NCBI GenBank assembly: GCA_043742805.1
Contig: JAYTXV010000460.1
Span: forward strand, 1 to 42,799
Direction of reading: 5' to 3'
DNA: 42,799 bases
Source: Caulobacteraceae bacterium
GTDB taxonomy: Bacteria > Pseudomonadota > Alphaproteobacteria > Caulobacterales > Caulobacteraceae
Under the pieces are notes generated by a model. That model worked only from the letters and a program-made list of their open reading frames with translations, was not told the origin of the DNA and did not search any database. The position numbers and the translations under genes were made by a program. Shown in pieces: positions 10,149-20,294 of the stretch (the first letter of the stretch is position 1; each line of letters starts with the position of its first letter).

Positions 10149-11288
10149 ATGTCCGACATCGAGGTTGGCGGTTTTGCCGATGAACGCTTCGCGCCGGTGC
10201 GCGAGGTGTTTGCCGCCAATCTTCGGAGCGGCGCCGATCTCGGCGCCAGCTTCACCGCCACAGTGGACGGCGAGACCGTCGTGGATATCTGGGGCGGCTG
10301 GGCCGACGAGGCGCGCACCCGGCCGTGGGAGCGCGAGACCCTGGTCAATGTCTATTCGACAACCAAGACCATGACGGCCCTGACCGCGCTGTTGGTGGCG
10401 GACCGCGGCGAGCTCGATTTTGACGCGCCGGTCGCCCGCTACTGGCCGGAGTTCGCCCAGAACGGCAAGGCCGGGGTCAAGGTCAGCCACCTGATGAGCC
10501 ACTCGGCCGGCCTGTCGGGCTGGAAGCAGCCAATCACGAAGGAAGACCTCTACGACTGGGACAAGGTCACCGCCTTGCTGGCCGCGCAGGCGCCCTACTG
10601 GGAACCCGGAACGGCGATCGGCTACCACGCCCTGACCCAGGGCTACCTGGTCGGAGAGGTGGTTCGCCGTATTACCGGCAAGACGCTCGGAACGGTGTTT
10701 CGCGAGGAGATCGCCGAGCCGCTCGGCGCAGATTTCCACATCGGCCTGCCCGCCAGCGAAGACGCCCGGGTCGCGGACCTGCTTCCACCGCCGCCGGGAA
10801 CCGCCATCGGCAGCGGCGAGCAGAGTGAACTGTCGGCCAACATGTCGCGCAATCCGGGGATCGATGTGCCGGCCACCCGCACGCGGGCTTGGCGGGCGGC
10901 CGAGATTCCCGCCGCCGGCGGCCAGGGCAACGCCCGCTCGATCGCCGAAATCCATGTGCTTCTAGCCAATGGCGGCGTCGCCAGGGGCAAGCGGCTGCTC
11001 TCGGAGGCCGGCTGTCGCAAGGCTCTTGAGTTGCAGATTGAGGGGCCCGACCTCGTGCTCGGGATCCCGGCCCGCTTTGGCATGGGCTTTGGCCTGCCGG
11101 GCGCTCACCTGCCGTTGCCCAATGCCAATACGATCTATTGGGGCGGCTACGGCGGATCGCTGGCGATCATCGACATGGACGCCCGCACCAGCTTTGGCTA
11201 CGCGATGAACCGGATGGCGCCCACCACCACCGGCGATATGCGCGCCCTGGGGTTGGCCGCGGCCATGTGGCGGGGCCTCGCCGGCTGA
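10149..11288 (+). CDS. Serine hydrolase, beta-lactamase/family VIII esterase fold
   Basis: SxxK motif (YSTTK), HLMSHSAGL, YHALT, WGGYGGS. Confidence 0.9.
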   Translation: MSDIEVGGFADERFAPVREVFAANLRSGADLGASFTATVDGETVVDIWGGWADEARTRPWERETLVNVYSTTKTMTALTALLVADRGELDFDAPVARYWPEFAQNGKAGVKVSHLMSHSAGLSGWKQPITKEDLYDWDKVTALLAAQAPYWEPGTAIGYHALTQGYLVGEVVRRITGKTLGTVFREEIAEPLGADFHIGLPASEDARVADLLPPPPGTAIGSGEQSELSANMSRNPGIDVPATRTRAWRAAEIPAAGGQGNARSIAEIHVLLANGGVARGKRLLSEAGCRKALELQIEGPDLVLGIPARFGMGFGLPGAHLPLPNANTIYWGGYGGSLAIIDMDARTSFGYAMNRMAPTTTGDMRALGLAAAMWRGLAG

Positions 11289-11318
11289 AGCAAGGCGGCT
11301 GCATCCGACCTTTGCCGA

Positions 11319-11594
11319 TCACGGCTGTTTGGTGGGCTCGCTCGCCGGTTTGTCGGCCATCGCCTTGGTCTGGGCCGCCTTCATGGCGGCTTGGCACTCC
11401 GGCGTCGCCTTGTCGAAGTTCCTGATCATACAAGCCCGCACGGCGGCGCGGTTGCCTGACAGAGCCTCGGTTCGGCACAGGGACATCGCCGATGACCGGC
11501 ACGCCGCCCGTGTGGACGGTGGAGGGGTCTGGGCGAGAACCTGGGTCGCGGCGCTCAGCGCCAGCAGGCAAATACCAATGGTGGGCGAACGCAT
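11319..11594 (-). CDS. Small secreted cysteine-rich protein (91 aa)
   Basis: AGGAGG RBS at 11601-11606 before ATG 11594. Signal peptide MRSPTIGICLLALSAATQVLA, then a 4-Cys helical pattern C-x7-C...C...C. Confidence 0.75.
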   Translation of the reverse strand: MRSPTIGICLLALSAATQVLAQTPPPSTRAACRSSAMSLCRTEALSGNRAAVRACMIRNFDKATPECQAAMKAAQTKAMADKPASEPTKQP

Positions 11595-11770
11595 CAGACA
11601 CCTCCTTCGAACTCGACGTAGACCTGCGCATATCAGCGGTGGACGAGGCGTGTGCAATGGTTTTCCGCCCACGCCCATGGTCCAATATGGCGTTGAAACG
11701 CTCCGCATCGGTATTTGAACTGTATTCGAGTTCGGCGGGCTGTATGGGGCTGTAGGCGAGGCGACACATC

Positions 11771-12655
11771 ATGACCGCACAAACCAGATCGCCAACTCCA
11801 CGCGGCCGGACAATCGAGATCGGCGCCGGCCGAACGCTGCATGCGATATTCGCCGGTCCACTCGCCGCGTCTGCGCCTCTCGTGGTTCTGGAGGCCGGCG
11901 CCTTCGGGTTCTCGTCAGATTGGGCGGCGGTCCAGGAAAAGTTGGCGGGACTGAATATCCGGTCGATGGCCTATGACCGCGCCGGCCTGGGGTTCTCCGC
12001 GCCAGGCCCCGAGCCCCGGGATGGGCTGGCGATCGCCGGTGACCTCGAGCGGCTGTTGCTCCACGCCGGCGAGCCCGGACCTTTCATCCTGTGCGGCCAC
12101 TCGATGGCGGGGCTGCGGGTGCGCCTTTTCGCGGTGCGAAATCCCGGACGGGTGGCTGGGGTCGTGCTGGTGGACGCCACCACGCCCGAGGCGATGGAGT
12201 CCAAGGTCGTCAGTGACTTCGTCGGCCACTTCGGCCGGGCCTCCCGGCTGGCGGCCTGGGGCGCGGGGGCGGGACTGCTTTCACCGCTGTCGGGGACCGG
12301 GTTCGCCGACGCAATCGGCCTGCCGGGCGCGGCCGGGGCCGAGAAACGCTGGGCGTTTGCCGATGGCCAGCACAATCACTGGGCGGCGCGAGAGGTCCAA
12401 TCCTGGTCGGACAGCGCCCGGCAAGCCAGGGAGGCGGGTGCGTTCGACGCGCGCCTGCCGGTCGCGGTGATCCTGGTGGGAGGGCTGAGCAGTCGCGGCG
12501 GGTTCAGGGACGGCCAGACGGCGCCGGCGAGGGAGTCCAACCATGGATGGGTCGAAACCGTCGGCGGCGCCACTCACGCCACCATGCTCAATCACGACTT
12601 CGCCGATGCGATCATTCGCGGTGTCGAGCACGTCCAAACTGCGGCACGCGCCTAG
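11771..12655 (+). CDS. Alpha/beta-fold hydrolase
   Basis: VVLEAG, YDRAGLGFS, GHSMAG, VLVDAT, late His (ATHATML). Confidence 0.88.
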   Translation: MTAQTRSPTPRGRTIEIGAGRTLHAIFAGPLAASAPLVVLEAGAFGFSSDWAAVQEKLAGLNIRSMAYDRAGLGFSAPGPEPRDGLAIAGDLERLLLHAGEPGPFILCGHSMAGLRVRLFAVRNPGRVAGVVLVDATTPEAMESKVVSDFVGHFGRASRLAAWGAGAGLLSPLSGTGFADAIGLPGAAGAEKRWAFADGQHNHWAAREVQSWSDSARQAREAGAFDARLPVAVILVGGLSSRGGFRDGQTAPARESNHGWVETVGGATHATMLNHDFADAIIRGVEHVQTAARA

Positions 12656-12682
12656 GCGACACCGCTAGCATCGGCAGAGCTG

Positions 12683-12919
12683 TTAGGCCCGGACGACCTT
12701 TTTCGGCGCGGGTATCAGGCCTTCGCGCTGCATGCGCTTGCGGGCCAGCTTGCGGGCGCGGCGCACGGCCTCCGCCTTCTGGCGAGCGCGCTTTTCGGAA
12801 GGCTTTTCATAGTGCACGTGCCGCTTCATTTCGCGGAACGAGCCTTCACGTTGCATTTTCTTCTTAAGCGCTTTCAGCGCTTGGTCGACATTATTGTCAC
12901 GAACGAAAATCTGAACCAC
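12683..12919 (-). CDS. rpsU: 30S ribosomal protein S21
   Basis: [25 protein letters not shown]...[24 protein letters not shown] start with AGGAGGA RBS. Confidence 0.97.
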   Translation of the reverse strand: MVQIFVRDNNVDQALKALKKKMQREGSFREMKRHVHYEKPSEKRARQKAEAVRRARKLARKRMQREGLIPAPKKVVRA

Positions 12920-13047
12920 CGGTCCTCCTGTGGGCTCCCGTGAAGCAACGGGACAGCGATTCCGGAAGGGCCCCTCCGGAACAAGGCGCGGCAATTAACA
13001 GGCGAGCGTTGTTTTGTCCATGCGAACCATTGGGTGTAGATGGGGCC

Positions 13048-13698
13048 ATGAGCAATGAATCCGACTGGACCATCCAGACCGAGGCGCGTCTGCTGGACGC
13101 AGCCATCGCCCATGTCGAAGCCCTGGGTTGGAGCCGGCGACTGGTCGACGCCGCAGCGCGGGACCTCGGATTCTCGATCGCCGAGGCGGAGCTTTTGCTG
13201 CCCGAGGGAGCCCGGGATCTTGCCGCGTTGCTGGCGAGACGGCACGACGCGGCCGCGCTGGCGGCCCTGGCGGGCCATGACCCTTCGGCCTTGAAGATCC
13301 GGGAACGTATCCGTGTCGGCGTCCTGGCGCGCATTGACGCGGCGATGGCGGATCGGCCGGCGACCCGTCGCTGGATGGGCTTTCTCGCCTTGCCGGCCAA
13401 TATCGCCCTGGGTCTGCGGCTGCTCTGGGCCAGCGCGGACGAGATTTGGCGCTGGGCGGGCGACACCGCCACCGACGAGAACCACTATACCAAACGTGTC
13501 CTGCTGGCCGAGATTCTGCTCTCGACCCTCGCCCTTCGTCTGGCGGCCGACGCGGACGCCGCCGAAAGACATCTCGACGGCCGGATCGCCTCGGTGATGG
13601 CCTTCGAGCGCTGGAAGGGCGGTTTCAAGCCCGCCGATATCGCGGGGCGTCTGGCGGCGCGTCTGGGCCGGCTGCGTTACGGCGGCCTTTCGGCCTGA
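13048..13698 (+). CDS. COQ9-family protein (rpsU-divergently transcribed)
   Basis: LKIRERI, ADEIWRWAGDTATDENHYTKR. Canonical position divergent from rpsU. Confidence 0.9.
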   Translation: MSNESDWTIQTEARLLDAAIAHVEALGWSRRLVDAAARDLGFSIAEAELLLPEGARDLAALLARRHDAAALAALAGHDPSALKIRERIRVGVLARIDAAMADRPATRRWMGFLALPANIALGLRLLWASADEIWRWAGDTATDENHYTKRVLLAEILLSTLALRLAADADAAERHLDGRIASVMAFERWKGGFKPADIAGRLAARLGRLRYGGLSA

Positions 13699-13731
13699 TA
13701 CTCGGCAACCTGACACTTGGCGGCCCGGCGC

Positions 13732-14826
13732 CTACCGGCGGGGCCTGTCCAAGGCGGACAGGCGATTGACGTGACCCATTTTTCGGCCAGGCAGATGGGC
13801 GCGCTTGCCATAGAGCCAGACGCGGGTCTCCGGCTCGCGCGCCAGGCCCGCCCAGGCCAGCGCCTCCTCGCCGAGCAGATTGGTCATCTCCACATGGTGA
13901 GTGGCCGCCGTCGGCCCCAGCGGCCAGCCGGCCACCGCGCGGATATGCTGCTCGAACTGATCGACCCCGCAGCCGTCCAGGGTCCAGTGGCCGGTGTTGT
14001 GAACCCGGGGGGCGAACTCATTGACCAGCAGCCGACCGTCATCCCGCTCGAACAACTCCAGGCCCAGCACGCCCACATAGTTTAGCGCGGTCAACAGGGT
14101 GGCGGCGATCCGCTCGGCTTCGGCATACAGGCGAGGCGGGGCGACAGCCGGCGCCGTCGTGCTTCTCAGAATGCCGTTCTCATGATGACTTTCGGTCAAG
14201 GGATAGACAGCGATTTGTCCGTCTCGGCCACGAGCGGCGATGATCGCCACCTCGCGGCGAAAATCCGCCGGGGTCTCGGCGATGGCCGGCCGTTGCTCCA
14301 GCGCCGCCAGCGCGCTCGCCGAATCGTCAGCCTTTTCCACCCAGATCTGGCCCTTGCCGTCATAACCGCCCCGCCGCGTCTTCAGCAGCAGCGGCGGCCC
14401 ATAGCGTCGGAAGGCCGCGCGAAGCTCCGCCTCGCTGTCTATCGGGACAAAGCCGACGGTGGGGATGCCGACCTGATTGAGAAAGGTTTTTTCTTCGAGC
14501 CGGTCCTGCGCCACGGCCAGGGCGCGAGCATCGGGGGCCACCTCGGCGCCCAGGCGTCGCAGTTCAAGAACCGCGCCGGCCGGCACGTTCTCGAACTCGA
14601 AGGTGATGACCTGGCACAGGTCGGTCAGGGTCTTGAGCGCGGCGGGGTCTTCATATTCGGCCACGATCACATGGGCGGCTACCCGTCCGGCCGGGGAATC
14701 GACTTCGGGGGTGAGGATGGCGACATCGAAGCCCAGCCGCGCTGCCGCCAGGGCCAGCATCCGCCCCAGCTGTCCGCCGCCCAATATGCCGATGGTCGAG
14801 CCCGGGGGCAGGGGAAAACGTGTCAT
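13732..14826 (-). CDS. purK: 5-(carboxyamino)imidazole ribonucleotide synthase
   Basis: GILGGGQLGRML, ITFEFENVP, GGYDGKGQ, NEFAPRVHNTGH, RKMGHV. Confidence 0.96.
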   Translation of the reverse strand: MTRFPLPPGSTIGILGGGQLGRMLALAAARLGFDVAILTPEVDSPAGRVAAHVIVAEYEDPAALKTLTDLCQVITFEFENVPAGAVLELRRLGAEVAPDARALAVAQDRLEEKTFLNQVGIPTVGFVPIDSEAELRAAFRRYGPPLLLKTRRGGYDGKGQIWVEKADDSASALAALEQRPAIAETPADFRREVAIIAARGRDGQIAVYPLTESHHENGILRSTTAPAVAPPRLYAEAERIAATLLTALNYVGVLGLELFERDDGRLLVNEFAPRVHNTGHWTLDGCGVDQFEQHIRAVAGWPLGPTAATHHVEMTNLLGEEALAWAGLAREPETRVWLYGKRAHLPGRKMGHVNRLSALDRPRR

Positions 14827-14836
14827 CGCGATGGTC

Positions 14837-15328
14837 TTAAGCGTCCTCGACAGTCTCGGCGACCGATTGCGTCTGGCGCAGGCGAAATGCCGCGAGCCGT
14901 TCGGCCAGGGCATCGTCCGACAGAGCCAGGATCTGAGCGGCCAACAAACCGGCGTTACGCGCGCCGGCCTCGCCGATCGCCAGGGTCGCCACCGGCACCC
15001 CGGCCGGCATCTGGACGATCGAGAGCAGGGAATCGAGGCCGTTGAGGACCTTGGATTGCACTGGAACCCCCAAGACCGGCAGGTCGGTCATCGAAGCGGT
15101 CATGCCGGGCAGGTGCGCGGCGCCGCCCGCGCCGGCGATGATCACCTTGAAGCCGTCGGCCTTGGCCGAGGTCGCGAAGGCATAGAGCCGTTGGGGCGTG
15201 CGGTGGGCCGAGATCACCTTGGCCTCGAATGTCACGCCAAGCGCCTCGAGGCTTTCGGCGGCGCCTTTCAGCGTCGGCCAATCCGAGCGGCTGCCCATGA
15301 TGATCGCCACGCGCGGCTTGACTGTCAT
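14837..15328 (-). CDS. purE: 5-(carboxyamino)imidazole ribonucleotide mutase
   Basis: [39 protein letters not shown]. Confidence 0.98.
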   Translation of the reverse strand: MTVKPRVAIIMGSRSDWPTLKGAAESLEALGVTFEAKVISAHRTPQRLYAFATSAKADGFKVIIAGAGGAAHLPGMTASMTDLPVLGVPVQSKVLNGLDSLLSIVQMPAGVPVATLAIGEAGARNAGLLAAQILALSDDALAERLAAFRLRQTQSVAETVEDA

Positions 15329-15397
15329 CTCGGGTCCTTTCAGGCGCAGCGGCGGCGGATGGGCAAACTACAGGCCTGAAGGCTGATCGGGCAACCT

Positions 15398-16843
15398 TCA
15401 GGGTTTCGCGACGATCGCGGCGGCTTCCAGCGTATCCAGCTGAGCCTTGCGGAAGTGGGTCCTGATCCCGGCCGGATCACCGAACTCCAGCAGTTGATCG
15501 GTGGTGGGCTTATAGGCCGGCCAGGCTTGGCCACCGGCGCAATCGGGCCGCCCCGCGCGCGCGAAGCCTACCCAGCAGGAATGCGCCAGAGAGGCCTCAG
15601 CCCGCTCACTCGGGGTGATCAGCGGCGTCCGGCCAGGCACAACGTCGAGGGAATCGAACACGAACGGGATTTCCGACGCGTGGTTGGTTCCCGGACGGAT
15701 GCCTCTCTGTCGTTCCGGCACGTAGGAGAAGTAGTAAAGCCACGCTGGCGCCCGGGCTGAAGCCTTGGCGGCGATCCAGCGGGCGGGCGCGCCCATCACG
15801 GCGTCATTGAACAGGGCGCGCGCCAACGCCGCCTTGGGAGCCAGGCCGGCGGCGCCCAACAGCGAGGCCTCGTTGCTGTTGGAGCCGATGATCAGGGGGA
15901 CAGGGGCAGCTGCGCCGCGCGCGAAGGCCTCCCGGGCGTTCCGGCGGATCAGCCGTCCGTCGATCACCGGACCGACGTTCGCCGAAAGGGCGACCAGATC
16001 GACCGTCGGAATGGCCCGAAGCTGCTCGGCCGACGCCGTCCCGCCGGCCAGGCCAAGCTTGGTCGCCAGCGCCGCGCCCCGAGACTCGGCCTCGGCAAGG
16101 CTGGGAGTCGTGCTCCAGCCGCCGCCCGACTGCACGATCGCCTTATGGAACAGGCCCCTAGCGGATGGAGCGGCCATTAGCTGGAGGACGTCCTCGCCGC
16201 CGGCGGACTCGCCGAACAGGGTGACATTGCCGGGATCACCGCCAAACGCGGCGATGTTGCGCCTTACCCACTTCAGCGCGGCGATCTGGTCCATCAGGCC
16301 GTAGTTGGCCAGCGGCTGATCCTTCGGCGCCTCGGCGGTCAGGGCCGGGTGGGCGAAAAAGCCCAGCGCCCCCAGCCGATAGTTCATCGCCACCACGATC
16401 ACACCGTCCCGGGCGAAATTCACCGCGTCATAGCTGGGCAGATTGGTCGCCCCCGCGACGTTGCCGCCGCCATAGATCCAGACCATCACCGGCGCGCGCC
16501 GGGCGGCTTTGGGCGCGGTGATGTCCAAGGTCAGGCAATCTTCATCGGTCGGCCCGAAATAGCCGCCCAGATTGGGAATCCCCGGCGTGACTTTCTGCGG
16601 ACAGGCGGGGCCGGGGGCCTTCGCGTCCCGCGGCTCATCCCAGGGCTGAGCGGGGGCTGATGGTTTCCAACGCAGAGGTCCGACTGGTGGCGCGGCGTAG
16701 GGGATCGCGCGAAAAACCGCCGCGGGTCCGGCCTCCAAGCCCAGCACTTCGCCGCTCTCGATACGGACGGCGGGGGAGCCTGCGTGGGCCGCCGCCGCCC
16801 ATATTGCTGCAAGCGTCGCCATGCGGATGATTCCTCGACCCAT
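15398..16843 (-). CDS. Secreted carboxylesterase type B
   Basis: Signal peptide, IPYAAPPVGPLRW, EDCLTL, FGESAGG (Ser), SNEA (Glu), GTNHASE (His). Confidence 0.92.
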   Translation of the reverse strand: MGRGIIRMATLAAIWAAAAHAGSPAVRIESGEVLGLEAGPAAVFRAIPYAAPPVGPLRWKPSAPAQPWDEPRDAKAPGPACPQKVTPGIPNLGGYFGPTDEDCLTLDITAPKAARRAPVMVWIYGGGNVAGATNLPSYDAVNFARDGVIVVAMNYRLGALGFFAHPALTAEAPKDQPLANYGLMDQIAALKWVRRNIAAFGGDPGNVTLFGESAGGEDVLQLMAAPSARGLFHKAIVQSGGGWSTTPSLAEAESRGAALATKLGLAGGTASAEQLRAIPTVDLVALSANVGPVIDGRLIRRNAREAFARGAAAPVPLIIGSNSNEASLLGAAGLAPKAALARALFNDAVMGAPARWIAAKASARAPAWLYYFSYVPERQRGIRPGTNHASEIPFVFDSLDVVPGRTPLITPSERAEASLAHSCWVGFARAGRPDCAGGQAWPAYKPTTDQLLEFGDPAGIRTHFRKAQLDTLEAAAIVAKP

Positions 16844-16981
16844 GGCGCTGTTCTCTCCGGCCGCTCAAAGCCTGATGATGTCTGCCCGCCGTGTCGGGTC
16901 AATAGTGGGCATCGGGGCGGGCAAGGGTTGTGCCGGCGCCAGACCTCGCTCTAAGACCGCACCCTACGGAGGAAACGCGAC

Positions 16982-17470
16982 ATGCGCGCAACGATTGCTC
17001 TCATCGCCATAACCCTGTTCACCGTGTCGGCCGCCGCGGCGCCGGCCCCGATCGGCCCGTTGCCTCGGGCGTTCGCGGGCTACAATCAATCCACGATACC
17101 GGTCACCGCGTGCCGAAGCCTCGGTCCCACCGAGGCCCAGTGCGTGGTACCGGCTATGACCGCGGGTCGCTATCTGATCGAGGCGACGGGGACCTCCACC
17201 TCGCAGGGCGCCGACGCGATCCAGGCCCTGGAGATCGATATCGGCGGTCGCCAGTGCGGCGTGGGCAAGAACTCCGCCCCATGGCCCAGCGGCGCGCGGA
17301 CTTTTCGCCTGAACTGCGAGGTGTCGTTGCTTTCCGACTCGCCGTTGGTCGTGCGGGTGGTCTATGCCGACACCAAAGCGGTCAAGGATCCCAAGGGGCC
17401 ATCCCTGGCGATCCAGCCACTGCCCTGGAACGGCGTGCTGTTCAGTCAGCCTTTCGTTCCCAAGCAATAG
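16982..17470 (+). CDS. Hypothetical secreted protein with four Cys
   Basis: GGAGGA RBS upstream, clear signal peptide, GC3-biased codons, beta-strand-like mature part. Confidence 0.75.
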   Translation: MRATIALIAITLFTVSAAAAPAPIGPLPRAFAGYNQSTIPVTACRSLGPTEAQCVVPAMTAGRYLIEATGTSTSQGADAIQALEIDIGGRQCGVGKNSAPWPSGARTFRLNCEVSLLSDSPLVVRVVYADTKAVKDPKGPSLAIQPLPWNGVLFSQPFVPKQ

Positions 17471-17524
17471 CGGGTTAAGAGAAAAACAAGCAGTCGTGAT
17501 TGTTACGGCTTAGGGAGACGGCTC

Positions 17525-19021
17525 ATGCGCCAAATTCAGCATTTCGTGGATGGACAGGCGCTGGCCGGGACCAGTGGCCGCCTTGCTGACGTTTTCAACC
17601 CCAACACAGGCGAGGTTCAGGCCCAGGTAGCCCTGGCCTCCGCCGCCGAACTCGACGCGGCTGTCCAGGTTGCGGCTCGCGCCCAGATCGGCTGGGCTGC
17701 GACCAATCCCCAACGCCGCGCGCGGGTGATGTTCGAGTTCAAGCGCCTGGTCGAGGCGCGGATGGATGAGCTGGCGGGCCTGCTCTCTTCGGAGCACGGC
17801 AAGGTGATCGCCGACTCCAGGGGCGACATTCAGCGTGGCCTGGAGGTGATCGAGTTCGCCTGCGGCATCCCGCATATTCTCAAGGGCGAATACACCGAAG
17901 GCGCCGGCCCCGGCATCGACGTCTATTCGATGCGCCAGCCACTGGGCGTCTGCGCCGGCATCACCCCGTTCAACTTTCCGGCCATGATCCCGATGTGGAT
18001 GTTCGGCATCTCCATCGCCGTCGGTAACACCTTCATTCTCAAGCCCTCCGAAAAGGACCCCAGCTTGCCGGTACGGCTGGCGGAGCTGTTCATGGAGGCC
18101 GGGGCGCCGGCCGGGGTGCTTAATGTGGTGCACGGCGACAAGGTGTCGGTGGACGCCATTCTGACCCACCCCCTGGTTCGGGCGATCAGCTTCGTCGGCT
18201 CGTCCGACATCGCCTCCTACGTCTATTCCACCGGGGCGGCGAACGGAAAGCGCGTCCAGGCCATGGGCGGGGCCAAGAACCATGGCGTCATCCTGCCCGA
18301 CGCCGACCTTGACCAGGCGGTCAAGGACTTGATCGGCGCCGCTTATGGTTCGGCTGGCGAGCGTTGCATGGCGCTGCCGGTGGTGGTGCCGGTCGGCGCC
18401 AGGACCGCCGAGGCCTTGCGCGAAAAGGTGCTGGCCGAGATCGACACCCTGAAGGTCGGCATCTCCAGCGATCCGGCCGCGCAATATGGCCCGGTGGTCT
18501 CGGCCGCCCACAAGCTGAAGGTTGAAAACTACATTCAGATGGGGGCCGACGAAGGCGCCGAACTGGTCGTCGATGGCCGTGGGTTCGCGCTGCAGGGTTA
18601 TGAGAACGGCTTCTTCATTGGCCCGACGCTGTTCGACCATGTGAAAAAGGACATGAAGACCTATCAGGAGGAGATTTTCGGGCCTGTGCTGCAGATCGTC
18701 CGCGCCGAGACCTTCGAGGAAGCCCTGACGCTGGCGTCGGAACACCCTTATGGCAACGGCGTCGCCATCTACACCAGCAATGGTCGCGCCGCCCGCGAGT
18801 TCGCCTCGCGCGTCAATGTTGGCATGGTTGGTATCAATGTGCCGATCCCGGTGCCGGTCGCCTACCATACCTTCGGCGGCTGGAAGCGCAGCGCCTTTGG
18901 CGACACCAACCAGCACGGTGTCGAGGGGGTGAAATTCTACACCAAGGTCAAGACCATCACCGCCCGCTGGCCCGAAGGGCCGGTGGAAGACAGCGCCTTC
19001 ATCATCCCGACGATGAAATAA
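17525..19021 (+). CDS. mmsA: CoA-acylating methylmalonate-semialdehyde dehydrogenase
   Basis: [49 protein letters not shown]. Confidence 0.96.
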   Translation: MRQIQHFVDGQALAGTSGRLADVFNPNTGEVQAQVALASAAELDAAVQVAARAQIGWAATNPQRRARVMFEFKRLVEARMDELAGLLSSEHGKVIADSRGDIQRGLEVIEFACGIPHILKGEYTEGAGPGIDVYSMRQPLGVCAGITPFNFPAMIPMWMFGISIAVGNTFILKPSEKDPSLPVRLAELFMEAGAPAGVLNVVHGDKVSVDAILTHPLVRAISFVGSSDIASYVYSTGAANGKRVQAMGGAKNHGVILPDADLDQAVKDLIGAAYGSAGERCMALPVVVPVGARTAEALREKVLAEIDTLKVGISSDPAAQYGPVVSAAHKLKVENYIQMGADEGAELVVDGRGFALQGYENGFFIGPTLFDHVKKDMKTYQEEIFGPVLQIVRAETFEEALTLASEHPYGNGVAIYTSNGRAAREFASRVNVGMVGINVPIPVPVAYHTFGGWKRSAFGDTNQHGVEGVKFYTKVKTITARWPEGPVEDSAFIIPTMK

Positions 19022-19047
19022 GAGGCCGGAAGATGATTGTGCTGCTG

Positions 19048-19150
19048 TCTCCCCCCTGCGGGGAAAGTCCCCCTGGAAGGAGGGATGGGGGCCGTCGTGG
19101 CGAGTCGTTGGCGGCTTCGTCCCCTCCGCCCCCAGAAGGGCGGGAGAAGA
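19048..19150. repeat. Degenerate CIR/RIME-like palindromic intergenic repeat of Alphaproteobacteria
   Basis: CTCCCCCCTGCGGGGAAAG...GGATGGGGG...CCCCCAGAAGGGCGGGAGAAG: terminal GC hairpins resembling Caulobacter CIR-type elements. Confidence 0.5.
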
Positions 19151-19154
19151 CAAG

Positions 19155-20294
19155 ATGAAGTTCACCCTGACCGAGGACCAACAGGCCATTCAGGACATGG
19201 CCCGCGCCTTCGCGGCGGCCGAGATGGGGCCGCATTCGGCCCGCTGGGACGAGGAGAAACATTTCCCCGTCGACGTGCTGCGCGCCGCGGCCGGCCTGGG
19301 CCTCGCCGGTATTTATGTGAAGGAAGACGTGGGTGGCTCGGCCCTGACCCGGCTGGACGCCACCCTGATCTTCGAGGCCCTGTCTCACGGCGATGTCTCG
19401 ACGGCGGCCTTTCTGTCGATCCATAACATGGTCGCGTGGATGATCGACCGGTTCGGGTCCGATGCCGTGCGTCAGAAATACCTGCCGCGCCTGACGACCA
19501 TGGAGTTGATCGCCTCCTATTGCCTGACCGAGCCGGGCGCGGGCTCCGACGCCGCCTCGCTACGCACCACCGCCCGGCGCGAGGGCGAGACCTATGTGCT
19601 GAACGGGGCCAAGGCGTTCATCTCCGGCGCGGGAACCTCCGATATTTATGTGGTCATGGCCCGGTCCGGCGGTGAGGGCGCGGGCGGCGTCTCGACCTTC
19701 GTGGTCGAGAAGGGCATGCCGGGCCTTTCCTTCGGCGCCCAGGAGCGCAAGATGGGCTGGAACAGCCAGCCCACCGCCATGGTCCATTTCGACAACGTCG
19801 TCGTCCCGGCCGAAAATCGGGTCGGCGACGAAGGCCAGGGCTTCAAGATCGCGATGATGGGCCTGGATGGTGGGCGATTGAACATCGCCTCCTGCTCGCT
19901 GGGCGGCGCCGGCCTCGCCCTGGATACAGCCAAGGCCTATGTCGGAAGCCGCAAGCAGTTCGGCCGCGCTCTCAAGGATTTCCAGGGGTTACAGTTCAAG
20001 CTGGCCGACATGGAGACCGAGCTTGAGGCGGCTCGCCTGATGGTTCGCAGGGCCGCGGCGGCCCTGGACGCCGGCGATCCGGCCGCCACGCGCCTGTGCG
20101 CAATGGCCAAGCGCTTCGCCACCGATGCCGGCTTCGAGATCGCCAACCAGGCCCTGCAGCTGCACGGGGGCTACGGTTATCTGAAAGACTATCCTCTGGA
20201 GCGGATCGTGCGCGACCTGCGCGTGCATCAGATCCTTGAGGGGACCAATGAGATCATGCGCGTGATCATCGCGCGGGAGATGTTCAGGCCATGA
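19155..20294 (+). CDS. Acyl-CoA dehydrogenase (isobutyryl-CoA dehydrogenase-like)
   Basis: [50 protein letters not shown]. Located in the mmsA cluster. Confidence 0.93.
   Translation: MKFTLTEDQQAIQDMARAFAAAEMGPHSARWDEEKHFPVDVLRAAAGLGLAGIYVKEDVGGSALTRLDATLIFEALSHGDVSTAAFLSIHNMVAWMIDRFGSDAVRQKYLPRLTTMELIASYCLTEPGAGSDAASLRTTARREGETYVLNGAKAFISGAGTSDIYVVMARSGGEGAGGVSTFVVEKGMPGLSFGAQERKMGWNSQPTAMVHFDNVVVPAENRVGDEGQGFKIAMMGLDGGRLNIASCSLGGAGLALDTAKAYVGSRKQFGRALKDFQGLQFKLADMETELEAARLMVRRAAAALDAGDPAATRLCAMAKRFATDAGFEIANQALQLHGGYGYLKDYPLERIVRDLRVHQILEGTNEIMRVIIAREMFRP

Noticed and set aside
10149-11288. Beta-lactam resistance gene
   Set aside because: SxxK fold, but no signal peptide and esterase-type motifs (YHALT, WGG). 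It is more likely a cytoplasmic family VIII esterase.
17510-19189. 559-aa minus-strand ORF (and similar long ORFs such as 40222..41874, 8547..9722, 26700..27890, 20971..22038)
   Set aside because: Antisense or frame-shifted shadows of well-supported genes, as expected in high-GC DNA. They carry no motifs.
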